NCBI GenBank assembly: GCA_947501605.1
Contig: CANMWZ010000056.1
Location: forward strand, 1 to 16,684
Direction of reading: 5' to 3'
Length of the DNA stretch: 16,684 nucleotides
Source: Planctomycetota bacterium
GTDB taxonomy: Bacteria; Planctomycetota; UBA1135; UBA2386
This document shows positions 6,517-14,692 of the stretch, in pieces (within the stretch, counting starts at the first letter, position 1; each line of letters starts with the position of its first letter). The position numbers and the translations under genes are program-made. The notes under the pieces were generated by a model. It was not told the origin of the DNA. It was given only the letters and a program-made list of their open reading frames with translations, and did not search any database.

Positions 6517-7380
6517 ATGCGCGGACTGCCCGAGCACCGACCCAGCACCGGCCGCAAGGCTCTTCTCGTCGCAATCGCCGCGATTGCATCCCTGATCCTC
6601 TACTCGCTCCTACGGCAGCGCGACGGCAACGACGCCGGGATTCAGGATTCTCCCTTCCAGCCGACCGCCTCGATAGACGTGACGGCACCCGCCTTGGGGC
6701 CCGCAGAAGCCAAGTTGTCTTCGTCGACTCCGCGAGAGCCGGCCTTGGACGCCAACTCCGCGCTCGCCCGAACAGAAGTACAGCGCAAGACGAGCGAGCA
6801 GCGGGCACGAGACTGGATGGCGGCCACTGCCTATCCCAATAGCGACGGTGCGATCGACCACATTCACCAAGTGCTGCAGACCAATCTGCAGGATCCGCCC
6901 GTGGACGCGTCGGGGCAGCCCCGGCCAGACCCGTTCGCCAGGTCCCTACCATCCGCTACAGAACTCGCTGCAGATCGCAACGTGAACCCAATGGACCGCA
7001 ATCTGGGCCCAGAGGAACTCGCGCAACTCTCGAGCATGGTGGCGGACTATTCCTATCGACTTCGTGAGCAAGCACGAGATGCGTTTCTCGAGGAGCAGAT
7101 GGCAATCGTGAACGCGGTCCAGTCCGGTCGTTTCCGTGAGGTTCCGAATGGGAAGTGGCCGGAGGGGTTGAACAACACCCTTGTCAAAGAGGCTCAGTCG
7201 ACCCTCGGCAAGGACTTCAACATCACGACGCTGCCCGGCCGCGATCCTTCGCATCGGCGTGTGCTGTGGTTGGATCGCACCCACAATCCCGACTACTGGT
7301 CTGCCGCCGAGGAGCTGAGGTACACGCAGGCAGAGTTTGCCGTTGCAGCCCGCACCTTCTTCCTGCAACGCCGACGCTGA
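6517..7380 (+). CDS. Membrane-anchored hypothetical protein, partner of Cys-rich protein C (287 aa)
   Basis: Starts 6 nt after the stop of gene C. Single TM (ALLVAIAAIASLILYSLL), a Pro/Ala/Ser-rich linker, and a C-terminal domain similar to 2863-3417. Confidence 0.85.
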   Translation: MRGLPEHRPSTGRKALLVAIAAIASLILYSLLRQRDGNDAGIQDSPFQPTASIDVTAPALGPAEAKLSSSTPREPALDANSALARTEVQRKTSEQRARDWMAATAYPNSDGAIDHIHQVLQTNLQDPPVDASGQPRPDPFARSLPSATELAADRNVNPMDRNLGPEELAQLSSMVADYSYRLREQARDAFLEEQMAIVNAVQSGRFREVPNGKWPEGLNNTLVKEAQSTLGKDFNITTLPGRDPSHRRVLWLDRTHNPDYWSAAEELRYTQAEFAVAARTFFLQRRR

Positions 7381-7417
7381 ATCGCGCCGGTCGCCACCCC
7401 ATCTCCGCCCGCGCCCC

Positions 7418-8053
7418 TCACACCACCGCGCCCGGATTCCAACTCTGCAGTCGCACCCCGTTGTCGTACGCATCGACGATCCCGAGCCCGCCGTGCGGCA
7501 GGTTCAACGACAGGCTGCGCGACAACCGCAATCCCAACAACGCTGCCACGAACCCCGCGATCATCGATCCCGGCATCACCACCGCATACGACTTGCCCAC
7601 CGCACCCGGTGCGACTTCGACCCACCACGCCAGCACGCGTTCGACCGATTCGCCGAGGTTCTCGCCGCCCTTCGCTTTGGTGTCGCCAAAGTCGGTGAAG
7701 AACGACCGCACCGCGTCGCCGTCCTGCTGCAGCAGTTCTTCCCACGGCCGCCCCTGCCACTCGCCCATCTCCTGATCGCGCAGGCGCGCATCCTCGATCG
7801 GCACCAGTTCGCGCGGCTTGCAGATCGCGAGCGCTGACTCCGTGCACTGCGACTGCGGGCTCGAGTAGACCGCGTCGATGGTCACGTTCTCGAGCCACCC
7901 AACCCAATCCAGTACCTGGGCGCGGCCGCGCCGGCTCAGCGGAGCGGCGCCCGAGCCGACGGCGCGGCCTTGATAGGACGCTTCGAGTTCGGGATGCCGG
8001 AACAAGTAGAGCCGGCGAAAGTCGACTGGATCGAGCAGCACGCGCGTGATCAT
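7418..8053 (-). CDS. Histidine phosphatase superfamily protein (PGAM/CobC-like), degenerate active site
   Basis: LYLFRHPE (RHG-like), PLSRRGRAQ, AVYSSP, DARLRDQEMGEWQG and GGENL motifs. Start placed at ATG 8053. Confidence 0.88.
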   Translation of the reverse strand: MITRVLLDPVDFRRLYLFRHPELEASYQGRAVGSGAAPLSRRGRAQVLDWVGWLENVTIDAVYSSPQSQCTESALAICKPRELVPIEDARLRDQEMGEWQGRPWEELLQQDGDAVRSFFTDFGDTKAKGGENLGESVERVLAWWVEVAPGAVGKSYAVVMPGSMIAGFVAALLGLRLSRSLSLNLPHGGLGIVDAYDNGVRLQSWNPGAVV

Positions 8054-8132
8054 CGAGTAGCGCAGCGTGCGGATCCAGCGCGCAATTGCGCCACGGCCGA
8101 CCACACCCTCGACAGTCTGCGGCGCTTGCCAC

Positions 8133-8138
8133 TACCGT
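8133..8138 (+). promoter_or_regulatory. Putative -10 element for a leaderless KaiC-like gene
   Basis: TACCGT (TAnnnT) 7 nt upstream of GTG 8146. No SD sequence. Confidence 0.4.
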
Positions 8139-8145
8139 GCGGCGC

Positions 8146-9738
8146 GTGTTTGCATACCTGAAGACCGGCATCGACGGCCTCGACGGCGTGCTCGCCGGTG
8201 GCATCCGCTATCCCGACGACTCCGGCGCCTTTGTTTGCATCGGTGGTGGCCCCGGCACCGGCAAGACCTTGCTGGCGCTCGAGATCATCAGCCGGGCGTT
8301 TCTCGACGGCCACGACGGTACGACGTGGCTGTACTACTCGGTCGAGCACTCGCCTGAGAGCATCCAGAAGAAGCTCGAAAGCGACTTCGATTGGTTCCGC
8401 AGTGGCAGCAAGATCACGACCCTGCCGCGCGAAGTCCCGGGCAAGCTCGTGCTCGAGGCAGTGACGCGGCATGGCACCAGTCGCATGATCCTGACGCAGG
8501 CGCGGCCGGCGGCGCTGCAGCGCAAGAGTGAGCGCGGCACGACGGTCGACATCGAGTGGATCCTCGCCGAGATCAAGAACCACCAACTCGCAGGCCCTGT
8601 CGCCATGGTCTGCGTCGACAACGTCGGCCTCCTGCTCACCGACCTCGAGTACTTCGAGAAGCGCGTCGCGTTGCTCGAGGTCCGACGCCAGCTCCTCGAC
8701 AACAAGATCCACGGCATCTTCGTCATGGAAGATGCCCATCCACGCGACTTGCGGTTGCCGTCCGCCGAAGAGTTTTCGACCGACCTGATGCTGCACCTGT
8801 CGTTTCGCGAAGAGGCGACCGACTTCAAGGTCCGCGCGCTCGAGATCCTCAAGGCCCGCCACCAATACTACTACCGCGGCATCCACCACTTCTCGATCGC
8901 GGGTCGCGGCATCACCCGCGACATCTATCTCGGCGCGCGCAACGAACGCGGCCCGGGCATCCACGTGTATCCCTCGGTCGCCGCCCAGTTGTCGATGGCG
9001 CGCGATCAGGCCCAGTTCACCGTGCCGCGCCGCGGCGAGACGCCGATCGACCTAGGTCACCCGGACCTCAATCGCGCGTTCGTCGACGGCACCGGACCGG
9101 CGGCGTTGTCGTCCACAGTCTTGCTGTGCGAGCCGGGTATGCGGCCGACGTACTTGGCCCTGCGCTTCCTCGCCGCCGGTTTGCAGAAGGGCGAGCGCGT
9201 CCTGTTGGTGTCGACGCGCGAAGACCGCGATGCAATCCGGCGGATCTGCCTGCGCGAGGAAGGACTGCGCGCGACCTGCCTTCTGCCCGATGGCAATTTT
9301 CGCCCTGACTTCCGCGTGCTCTACCTGCACCCCGAGTTCATCTCGCCGGGCAAGTTCACTTGGGACTTGATCCGGCTGGTCGAAGGCGGACATGGCAACG
9401 TCGGCGATCTCCCGGTGACCCGCTTTGCGTTCGACAACGTCGCACGCCTGCAGGATCGCTTCCCGCTGATCCGCGAGCAGAAGTTCCTCATCGCCGCACT
9501 GCTCGACATGCTGCGGTATCGCGGAGTGACGCCGCTGATGATCGACGTCATGCCTCCGGGTGCGACCGCCGCCGGCAGCGAGTTCGACGCATCCTCGTAT
9601 CTGACCGGCTACGACAATGTGCTGCAGATCTTTGCGCAGACCAATGACCCCGCCATGCGCGCCGGCGTCCGCGTGTTGAAGTCGGTCGGCAACGAGTACC
9701 TCAGCGACACGATCGCGCTCGACTGGCGCCGCAGTTGA
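8146..9738 (+). CDS. KaiC/RAD55-like double RecA-fold ATPase
   Basis: KTGIDGLDGVLAGG, Walker A GGPGTGKT, Walker B VCVDN, EEFSTD and LEILKARH in domain 1. Domain 2 has LGHPDLN, a degenerate P-loop CEPGMRPT, GERVLLVSTRED, FAFDN and VLKSVG. Start GTG 8146 (or 8137). Confidence 0.9.
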   Translation: MFAYLKTGIDGLDGVLAGGIRYPDDSGAFVCIGGGPGTGKTLLALEIISRAFLDGHDGTTWLYYSVEHSPESIQKKLESDFDWFRSGSKITTLPREVPGKLVLEAVTRHGTSRMILTQARPAALQRKSERGTTVDIEWILAEIKNHQLAGPVAMVCVDNVGLLLTDLEYFEKRVALLEVRRQLLDNKIHGIFVMEDAHPRDLRLPSAEEFSTDLMLHLSFREEATDFKVRALEILKARHQYYYRGIHHFSIAGRGITRDIYLGARNERGPGIHVYPSVAAQLSMARDQAQFTVPRRGETPIDLGHPDLNRAFVDGTGPAALSSTVLLCEPGMRPTYLALRFLAAGLQKGERVLLVSTREDRDAIRRICLREEGLRATCLLPDGNFRPDFRVLYLHPEFISPGKFTWDLIRLVEGGHGNVGDLPVTRFAFDNVARLQDRFPLIREQKFLIAALLDMLRYRGVTPLMIDVMPPGATAAGSEFDASSYLTGYDNVLQIFAQTNDPAMRAGVRVLKSVGNEYLSDTIALDWRRS

Positions 9739-9754
9739 CGGGCACGCAAGCAGA

Positions 9755-11215
9755 TCACCGACCCGCGCGCTCCGCCGCATCCGTCTTCACCGCGCCCGTT
9801 GCGTAGTCGCCAAATCGCAGCGCTGCGTCGACCGGTTCGGTGCGCATCGCCACCATGCGCGCCAGCAAACGCGCAACGACCTCCGCGTTGGCAGCAGCGA
9901 CGTCGGTGGTCTCGGCGCGGTCGGCTTCGAGGTCGTAGAGCTCCAGTGGCGCACCAGGGTGTTGCCGGAGCTTGCGCCGAACGCCCTTCCACTTGCCTTC
10001 GCGGACCGCGAGTTGACCGCCGTAGCCCGGGAAGTCCCACAACAACGCTTCATGTTGCCGCTGCTGGGCGACAGCGCCGCGCAACGTGGGCACGAAGCTG
10101 ATGCCGTCCGTCGCCAGCGGCGTCGCCGCGCCGGCGACTTCGCACAACGTCGGCATCACGTCTTGGAAGGCACACACGTGGTCGGTCCTGCTGCCCGCAG
10201 CAACCTGCAGGGGCCAGCGCACGAGGAGCGGCACGCGAATGCCGCCTTCGTCGACGGAGCCCTTCAGTCCACGCAGCCCCCCAGCACTGCCGAAGAACTC
10301 GACGTCCACCTGAGCCGGCAAATGGGTTGGACCATTGTCGCTGCTGAAGAACACGATCGTGTGCTCGCGGAGCCCCTGCTGATCGAGGGCCCCAAGCAGC
10401 CTCCCGACCAGCGCATCGAGGTGGGTCACCATTGCGGCGTAGCACGCGCGCGGAGTCGGGTGCGGCTGGTAGCTCGTGCCGGTGTACGGCGTCTCTTCCC
10501 ACTGGCCGCGGTACGCCGCCAGCGACGCCTCCGGGACTTGCAGTGCCAAGTGCGGCAACGTCATCGGCACATACAGAAAGAAGGGGCGCGCAGCGTTCGC
10601 TTCGACAAAGGCGACGGCGGCATCCGTGATCACGTCGGCCGAGTAGTGCGCGCCGGTCGCCCCATTGCTGTTGCCGACGAGCTCCCTGCGCTCGTCGTCG
10701 TCCCACAGGTAGGTTGGATAGTAGTTGTGCGCGTGGCGTTGGCAGTTGTAGCCGTAGAAGCGATCGAAGCCGCGCCGTCGCGGATCGCCGTCGCTGCCGG
10801 GATAGCCGAGCCCCCACTTGCCAAAGCACCCGGTCACATAACCGCGGGCTTTCAACACCTCGGCGAGAGTCACGTCGTCCGGAGCGATCGGCTTCTGGCC
10901 CTCGGGCTGGTGCTCTTGGTTGTCGCGAATCGTCGCGTGCCCCGAGTGCTTGCCAGTCAGGAGCACGCAGCGCGAAGGCGCACACACGGGCGCCCCGCTG
11001 TAGTGCTGCACGAAGCGCATGCCGTCCCTGGCCATCGCATCGAGATGCGGAGTCCGGATCTGCTGTTGCCCATAGCAACCGAGGTCGCCGTAGCCGAGAT
11101 CGTCAGCGAGCACATAGACGATGTTGGGCAGGCGCTTCTGCAGATCTTGCGCAACCAAACCCGCGAACAACCCGCATGCGACGAGGGTGTGCGCGACAGC
11201 GGTCCGCGGGTTCAC
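9755..11215 (-). CDS. Exported arylsulfatase (formylglycine-dependent S1 family)
   Basis: PNIVYVLADDLGYGD, CAPSR signature, LLTGKH, GKWGLG, SSDNG, KGSVDEGGIRVP and ELYDL, plus a signal peptide. The GTG start overlaps the upstream TGA (GTGA). Confidence 0.96.
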   Translation of the reverse strand: MNPRTAVAHTLVACGLFAGLVAQDLQKRLPNIVYVLADDLGYGDLGCYGQQQIRTPHLDAMARDGMRFVQHYSGAPVCAPSRCVLLTGKHSGHATIRDNQEHQPEGQKPIAPDDVTLAEVLKARGYVTGCFGKWGLGYPGSDGDPRRRGFDRFYGYNCQRHAHNYYPTYLWDDDERRELVGNSNGATGAHYSADVITDAAVAFVEANAARPFFLYVPMTLPHLALQVPEASLAAYRGQWEETPYTGTSYQPHPTPRACYAAMVTHLDALVGRLLGALDQQGLREHTIVFFSSDNGPTHLPAQVDVEFFGSAGGLRGLKGSVDEGGIRVPLLVRWPLQVAAGSRTDHVCAFQDVMPTLCEVAGAATPLATDGISFVPTLRGAVAQQRQHEALLWDFPGYGGQLAVREGKWKGVRRKLRQHPGAPLELYDLEADRAETTDVAAANAEVVARLLARMVAMRTEPVDAALRFGDYATGAVKTDAAERAGR

Positions 11216-12639
11216 TTATGGCTGTCCGTCGTGGCTGCCGCGGGAAAGACAAACGGTCCGCGCGCGCGCAAGAAGGCTTCGATCTCATCCGGCGTGCTCG
11301 GCACGCCTCTCGACAGCACTTCGCAGCCCGTATCGGTCACGAGGATCGTGTCCTCGATGCGGCAGCCCATGCCTTGCTCGCGCAGATAGGCACCAGGCTC
11401 GACCGTGATGACCATGCCAGCCTCCAGTTCGTCCACCGACGGATCGTGCACCGCGAGACCGACGTGATGGCACGGGCCATGATCGCTGCGATACCCCTTC
11501 TTGCGCAGCAACTCCGAACACAGTTGCGACAGTTTGCCGAGGCTTGCACCCGGCTTGACCTCGGCGATGAGCGCCTGCTGGACCTCGTAGACGTCTTGAA
11601 CCAGCTTTCGCTGTTCGGTCGTGAACGTACCGTCGCTCGGAAAGGTGCGCGTCACGTCGCTGGCGTAGCCGTGGACCGTTGGTGCGTAGTCCATGACGAC
11701 CAGTTGGCCGCCCGCGAGCGGCGCATCGTTCTTCATGTAGTGCAGCACGCAACCGTTCTTGCCCGCGCCGACGATTGCGCCATAGGCATCCGGGCCAGCC
11801 CCACGCAGCGAGAACACGTAGCGCGCGACGGCCGCCAGCTGGAACTCGTAGAGCCCTGGTCGCGACGCCCGCATGGCCTCGGCAATGCCCTCGGCAGCGA
11901 TCTCCGACGATCGCCGTAGCAGTTCGATCTCGGCTGGCTCCTTGTGGGCGCGCAACGCATGCAGCGGCCGGGTGAGGTCGCGCTGTGGCACCTCCTTGAA
12001 TCGCGAGGCCATCGCCAGCTTGAACATGTGTTCGCGCGAGTCGCGACCGTCGAAGGCGTCCCCTTCCTGCGCGCCGATGGCGCCCAGAGTCTGGCCCGGC
12101 GTGCCACCGATCGGCACCGCGGGCGTGAACAACAGCCACAAGGTCATCGGCTTCTTGCCTTCACCGGCGAGGAGCTCGTCGAGCCGGCCGCTGAGATTGC
12201 GGACGTTGCCGACGACCGCGAACCCACTCTTCTGCGCCGACTTCTCACCAGGGTTCAAGAACTCACCCTCCCACTGCGCGGTGAATCGCGAGAACGGTGG
12301 CACGAGCAGTTCGTCGACGACCTTGCCGTCGCGGTCCGTGCCGATCAGCATCGCCAGCTCCGGCTCATTCACACCCGACAGGTAGAAGAAGTCCTGGCTC
12401 TGCCAGAAGGCGCCCATGTGGTCCGGCTTGCGGGCGCCGAGCAGCACCGCGACACCATCGCCGAGCGTTTGCCGCAGCGCCGCGCGTCGCGCGCGAAAAT
12501 GGTCGACCTCTGGCAGCGGCATCGGTGCTGGCAGCACGGCCGTGGTCTTGGCGCTGGCCACCGGAGCATCTTGCGCCGCGAGCCAGGAGAGCGGCGACAG
12601 CAGAACAGAGAACGCGAACACGCGGGACGACAAACGCAT
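11212..12639 (-). CDS. Xaa-Pro aminopeptidase (M24B) with signal peptide
   Basis: AMP_N-like DFFYLSG, LRAHKEPAEI, VLHY; metal-ligand motifs MDY, YASDVTRT, HHVGLAVHD, TVEPG, RIED. N-terminal signal ...SWLAA|Q. Start ATG 12639. Confidence 0.93.
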   Translation of the reverse strand: MRLSSRVFAFSVLLSPLSWLAAQDAPVASAKTTAVLPAPMPLPEVDHFRARRAALRQTLGDGVAVLLGARKPDHMGAFWQSQDFFYLSGVNEPELAMLIGTDRDGKVVDELLVPPFSRFTAQWEGEFLNPGEKSAQKSGFAVVGNVRNLSGRLDELLAGEGKKPMTLWLLFTPAVPIGGTPGQTLGAIGAQEGDAFDGRDSREHMFKLAMASRFKEVPQRDLTRPLHALRAHKEPAEIELLRRSSEIAAEGIAEAMRASRPGLYEFQLAAVARYVFSLRGAGPDAYGAIVGAGKNGCVLHYMKNDAPLAGGQLVVMDYAPTVHGYASDVTRTFPSDGTFTTEQRKLVQDVYEVQQALIAEVKPGASLGKLSQLCSELLRKKGYRSDHGPCHHVGLAVHDPSVDELEAGMVITVEPGAYLREQGMGCRIEDTILVTDTGCEVLSRGVPSTPDEIEAFLRARGPFVFPAAATTDSHK

Positions 12640-12697
12640 GAAGCGCAACCATACGAGGCACCAGCGCAGCGTGCGAAGGCCACCTGTCGCGACCGAG

Positions 12698-14641
12698 CTA
12701 CGACCCCTTCATGTGGCCCTGCACGATCGCTTCCACCACCGCCGGCTCAGCCAGCGTGCTGATGTCGCCGAGCTGGTCGTACTGGCTCTCCGCGATCTTG
12801 CGCAGAATGCGGCGCATGATCTTGCCGCTGCGCGTCTTTGGCAGCCCGGAAACGATCTGGATGCGGTCGGGTACCGCGATCGCCCCGATCACCTTACGCA
12901 CCTGCGCCTTCAGCGCGGCAACCACCTCATCGGGCTTGCCGCCTTCGATCGCTTGGTTGCAGATCACGTAGGCGTAGATGCCCTGACCTTTGAGATCGTG
13001 AGGGAACCCGACCACCGCCGCCTCCGCCACGCAGTCGTGCGCCACCAAGGCGCTCTCGATCTCGGCGGTGCCAAGCCGGTGCCCCGACACGTTGAGCACG
13101 TCGTCAACACGGCCGGTGATCCAGTAATAGCCATCCTCGTCACGACGGCAGCCATCGCCAGTGAAGTAGAGCCCCGGATAGGCGCTGAAGTAGGTCTGCT
13201 GGAAGCGCGCGTGATCGCCCCAGATGGTTCGCGCTTGTCCGGGCCAACTACCACGCAAACACAAGTTGCCGCTGACGCCGTTGCCGATCAGCTCGTGCCC
13301 CTTGTCGTCGACGAGCACGGGCTCGACACCGGGCAGAGGGAAGGTCGCCGAACCGGGCTTGCACGGCGTCGCGCCTGGCAATGCGGAGATCAGGATGCCG
13401 CCGGTCTCCGTCTGCCACCACGTATCGACCACGGCACAGCGGCCGTCGCCGACCACGTCGTGATACCACTCCCACACCTCGGGATTGATCGGTTCACCGA
13501 CCGAGCCGAGCACGCGCAACGACGCGCGCGAGTATTTGGTCACCCAAGAGTCCGGGTGCTGGTGGATCGCGCGCAGCGCCGTAGGCGCGGTGTAGAAGAT
13601 CGTCGCCTTGACGTCGTCGATGACCTGCCAGTAGCGACCTGGGTCGGGATACAGCGGCGTCGACTCGAACATCACGGTCGTGGCGCCGCTGCACAAAGGA
13701 CCGTAGATGATGTAACTGTGGCCGGTGATCCAGCCGGCATCGGCGGCGCAGAAGTGCACGTCGCCGGGACGCCAGTCGAACACCTGACGGAACGTGTAGG
13801 TCGCGTAGAGCAGATAGCCAGCCGTCGTGTGCATCTGACCTTTGGGCTTTCCCGTCGATCCCGAGGTGTAGAGCACGAACAGCGGCGACTCGCTGTCCAT
13901 CCACTCACACGGCGCGTAGGCGCGTTGCTTCTGCATCTCGGTGTGCAAGTCGAGGTCGCGACCTTCTTGCATCGGCACGCGAGCGCCCGTGCGCTTGGCG
14001 ACGAACACCTTGTGCACCGGCAGGCGAGCGATCGCTTCATCGACGATCTTCTTCAAGTGGATCACCTTGCCACCGCGCAGCCCCTCATCGGCGGTGATCA
14101 CGATGCGGCATTCGGCATCCTCGATGCGACCCGCGAGAGCTTCCGCCGAGAAGCCGGCGAACACCACCGAGTGCACCGCGCCGATGCGCGCGCAAGCGAG
14201 CATCGCGAACGCGAGTTCGGGGATCATCGGCAAGTAGAGACAGACGCGTTCGCCCTTCTTGACGCCGTGCTGCAGCAACACGTTGGCGAGGCGGCAGACG
14301 TTTTGGTGCAGCTCGCGATAGCTGATGTGCCGGTAGCTGCCTGGCTCGTCGCCGGCCCAGAGGATTGCCGTCTGCTCGGCCTTGTCGGCCAGATGGCGGT
14401 CGATGCAGTTGTGGGCGACGTTGAGCTTGCCGTTGCAGAACCACGCCACCTCGCCCTTCTCGAACTCCCCGTCCATCACCTGCGTGAAGGGCGCAAAGAA
14501 GTCGAGCAGTTGCGATTGCCGCGCCCAGAACCCCGCACGATCGCTGAGCGATTCGCGGTAGAGCGCTTCGTAATGCGCCCAAGACGGGACGCGCGAGCGC
14601 TGCTGAACATGACTCTTGGGAGCGACGATGCGATCGGCCAT
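12698..14641 (-). CDS. acs: Acetyl-CoA synthetase (AMP-forming)
   Basis: [82 protein letters not shown] upstream. Confidence 0.98.
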   Translation of the reverse strand: MADRIVAPKSHVQQRSRVPSWAHYEALYRESLSDRAGFWARQSQLLDFFAPFTQVMDGEFEKGEVAWFCNGKLNVAHNCIDRHLADKAEQTAILWAGDEPGSYRHISYRELHQNVCRLANVLLQHGVKKGERVCLYLPMIPELAFAMLACARIGAVHSVVFAGFSAEALAGRIEDAECRIVITADEGLRGGKVIHLKKIVDEAIARLPVHKVFVAKRTGARVPMQEGRDLDLHTEMQKQRAYAPCEWMDSESPLFVLYTSGSTGKPKGQMHTTAGYLLYATYTFRQVFDWRPGDVHFCAADAGWITGHSYIIYGPLCSGATTVMFESTPLYPDPGRYWQVIDDVKATIFYTAPTALRAIHQHPDSWVTKYSRASLRVLGSVGEPINPEVWEWYHDVVGDGRCAVVDTWWQTETGGILISALPGATPCKPGSATFPLPGVEPVLVDDKGHELIGNGVSGNLCLRGSWPGQARTIWGDHARFQQTYFSAYPGLYFTGDGCRRDEDGYYWITGRVDDVLNVSGHRLGTAEIESALVAHDCVAEAAVVGFPHDLKGQGIYAYVICNQAIEGGKPDEVVAALKAQVRKVIGAIAVPDRIQIVSGLPKTRSGKIMRRILRKIAESQYDQLGDISTLAEPAVVEAIVQGHMKGS

Positions 14642-14692
14642 GGCAGCATTCTCCTCGAGGATTGCGGTCGCGAAGACGTCGAGTGATGGGGC

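Noticed and set aside
8146..9738. Assigning gene symbol kaiC / a circadian clock
   Set aside because: The second domain is degenerate and no kaiA/kaiB is present; only family-level similarity is supported.
12416..14686. 756-aa plus-strand ORF and other long antisense ORFs (e.g. 9959-11389, 8050-8964)
   Set aside because: Shadow frames of high-GC genes (acs, sulfatase, KaiC-like) with no motifs.
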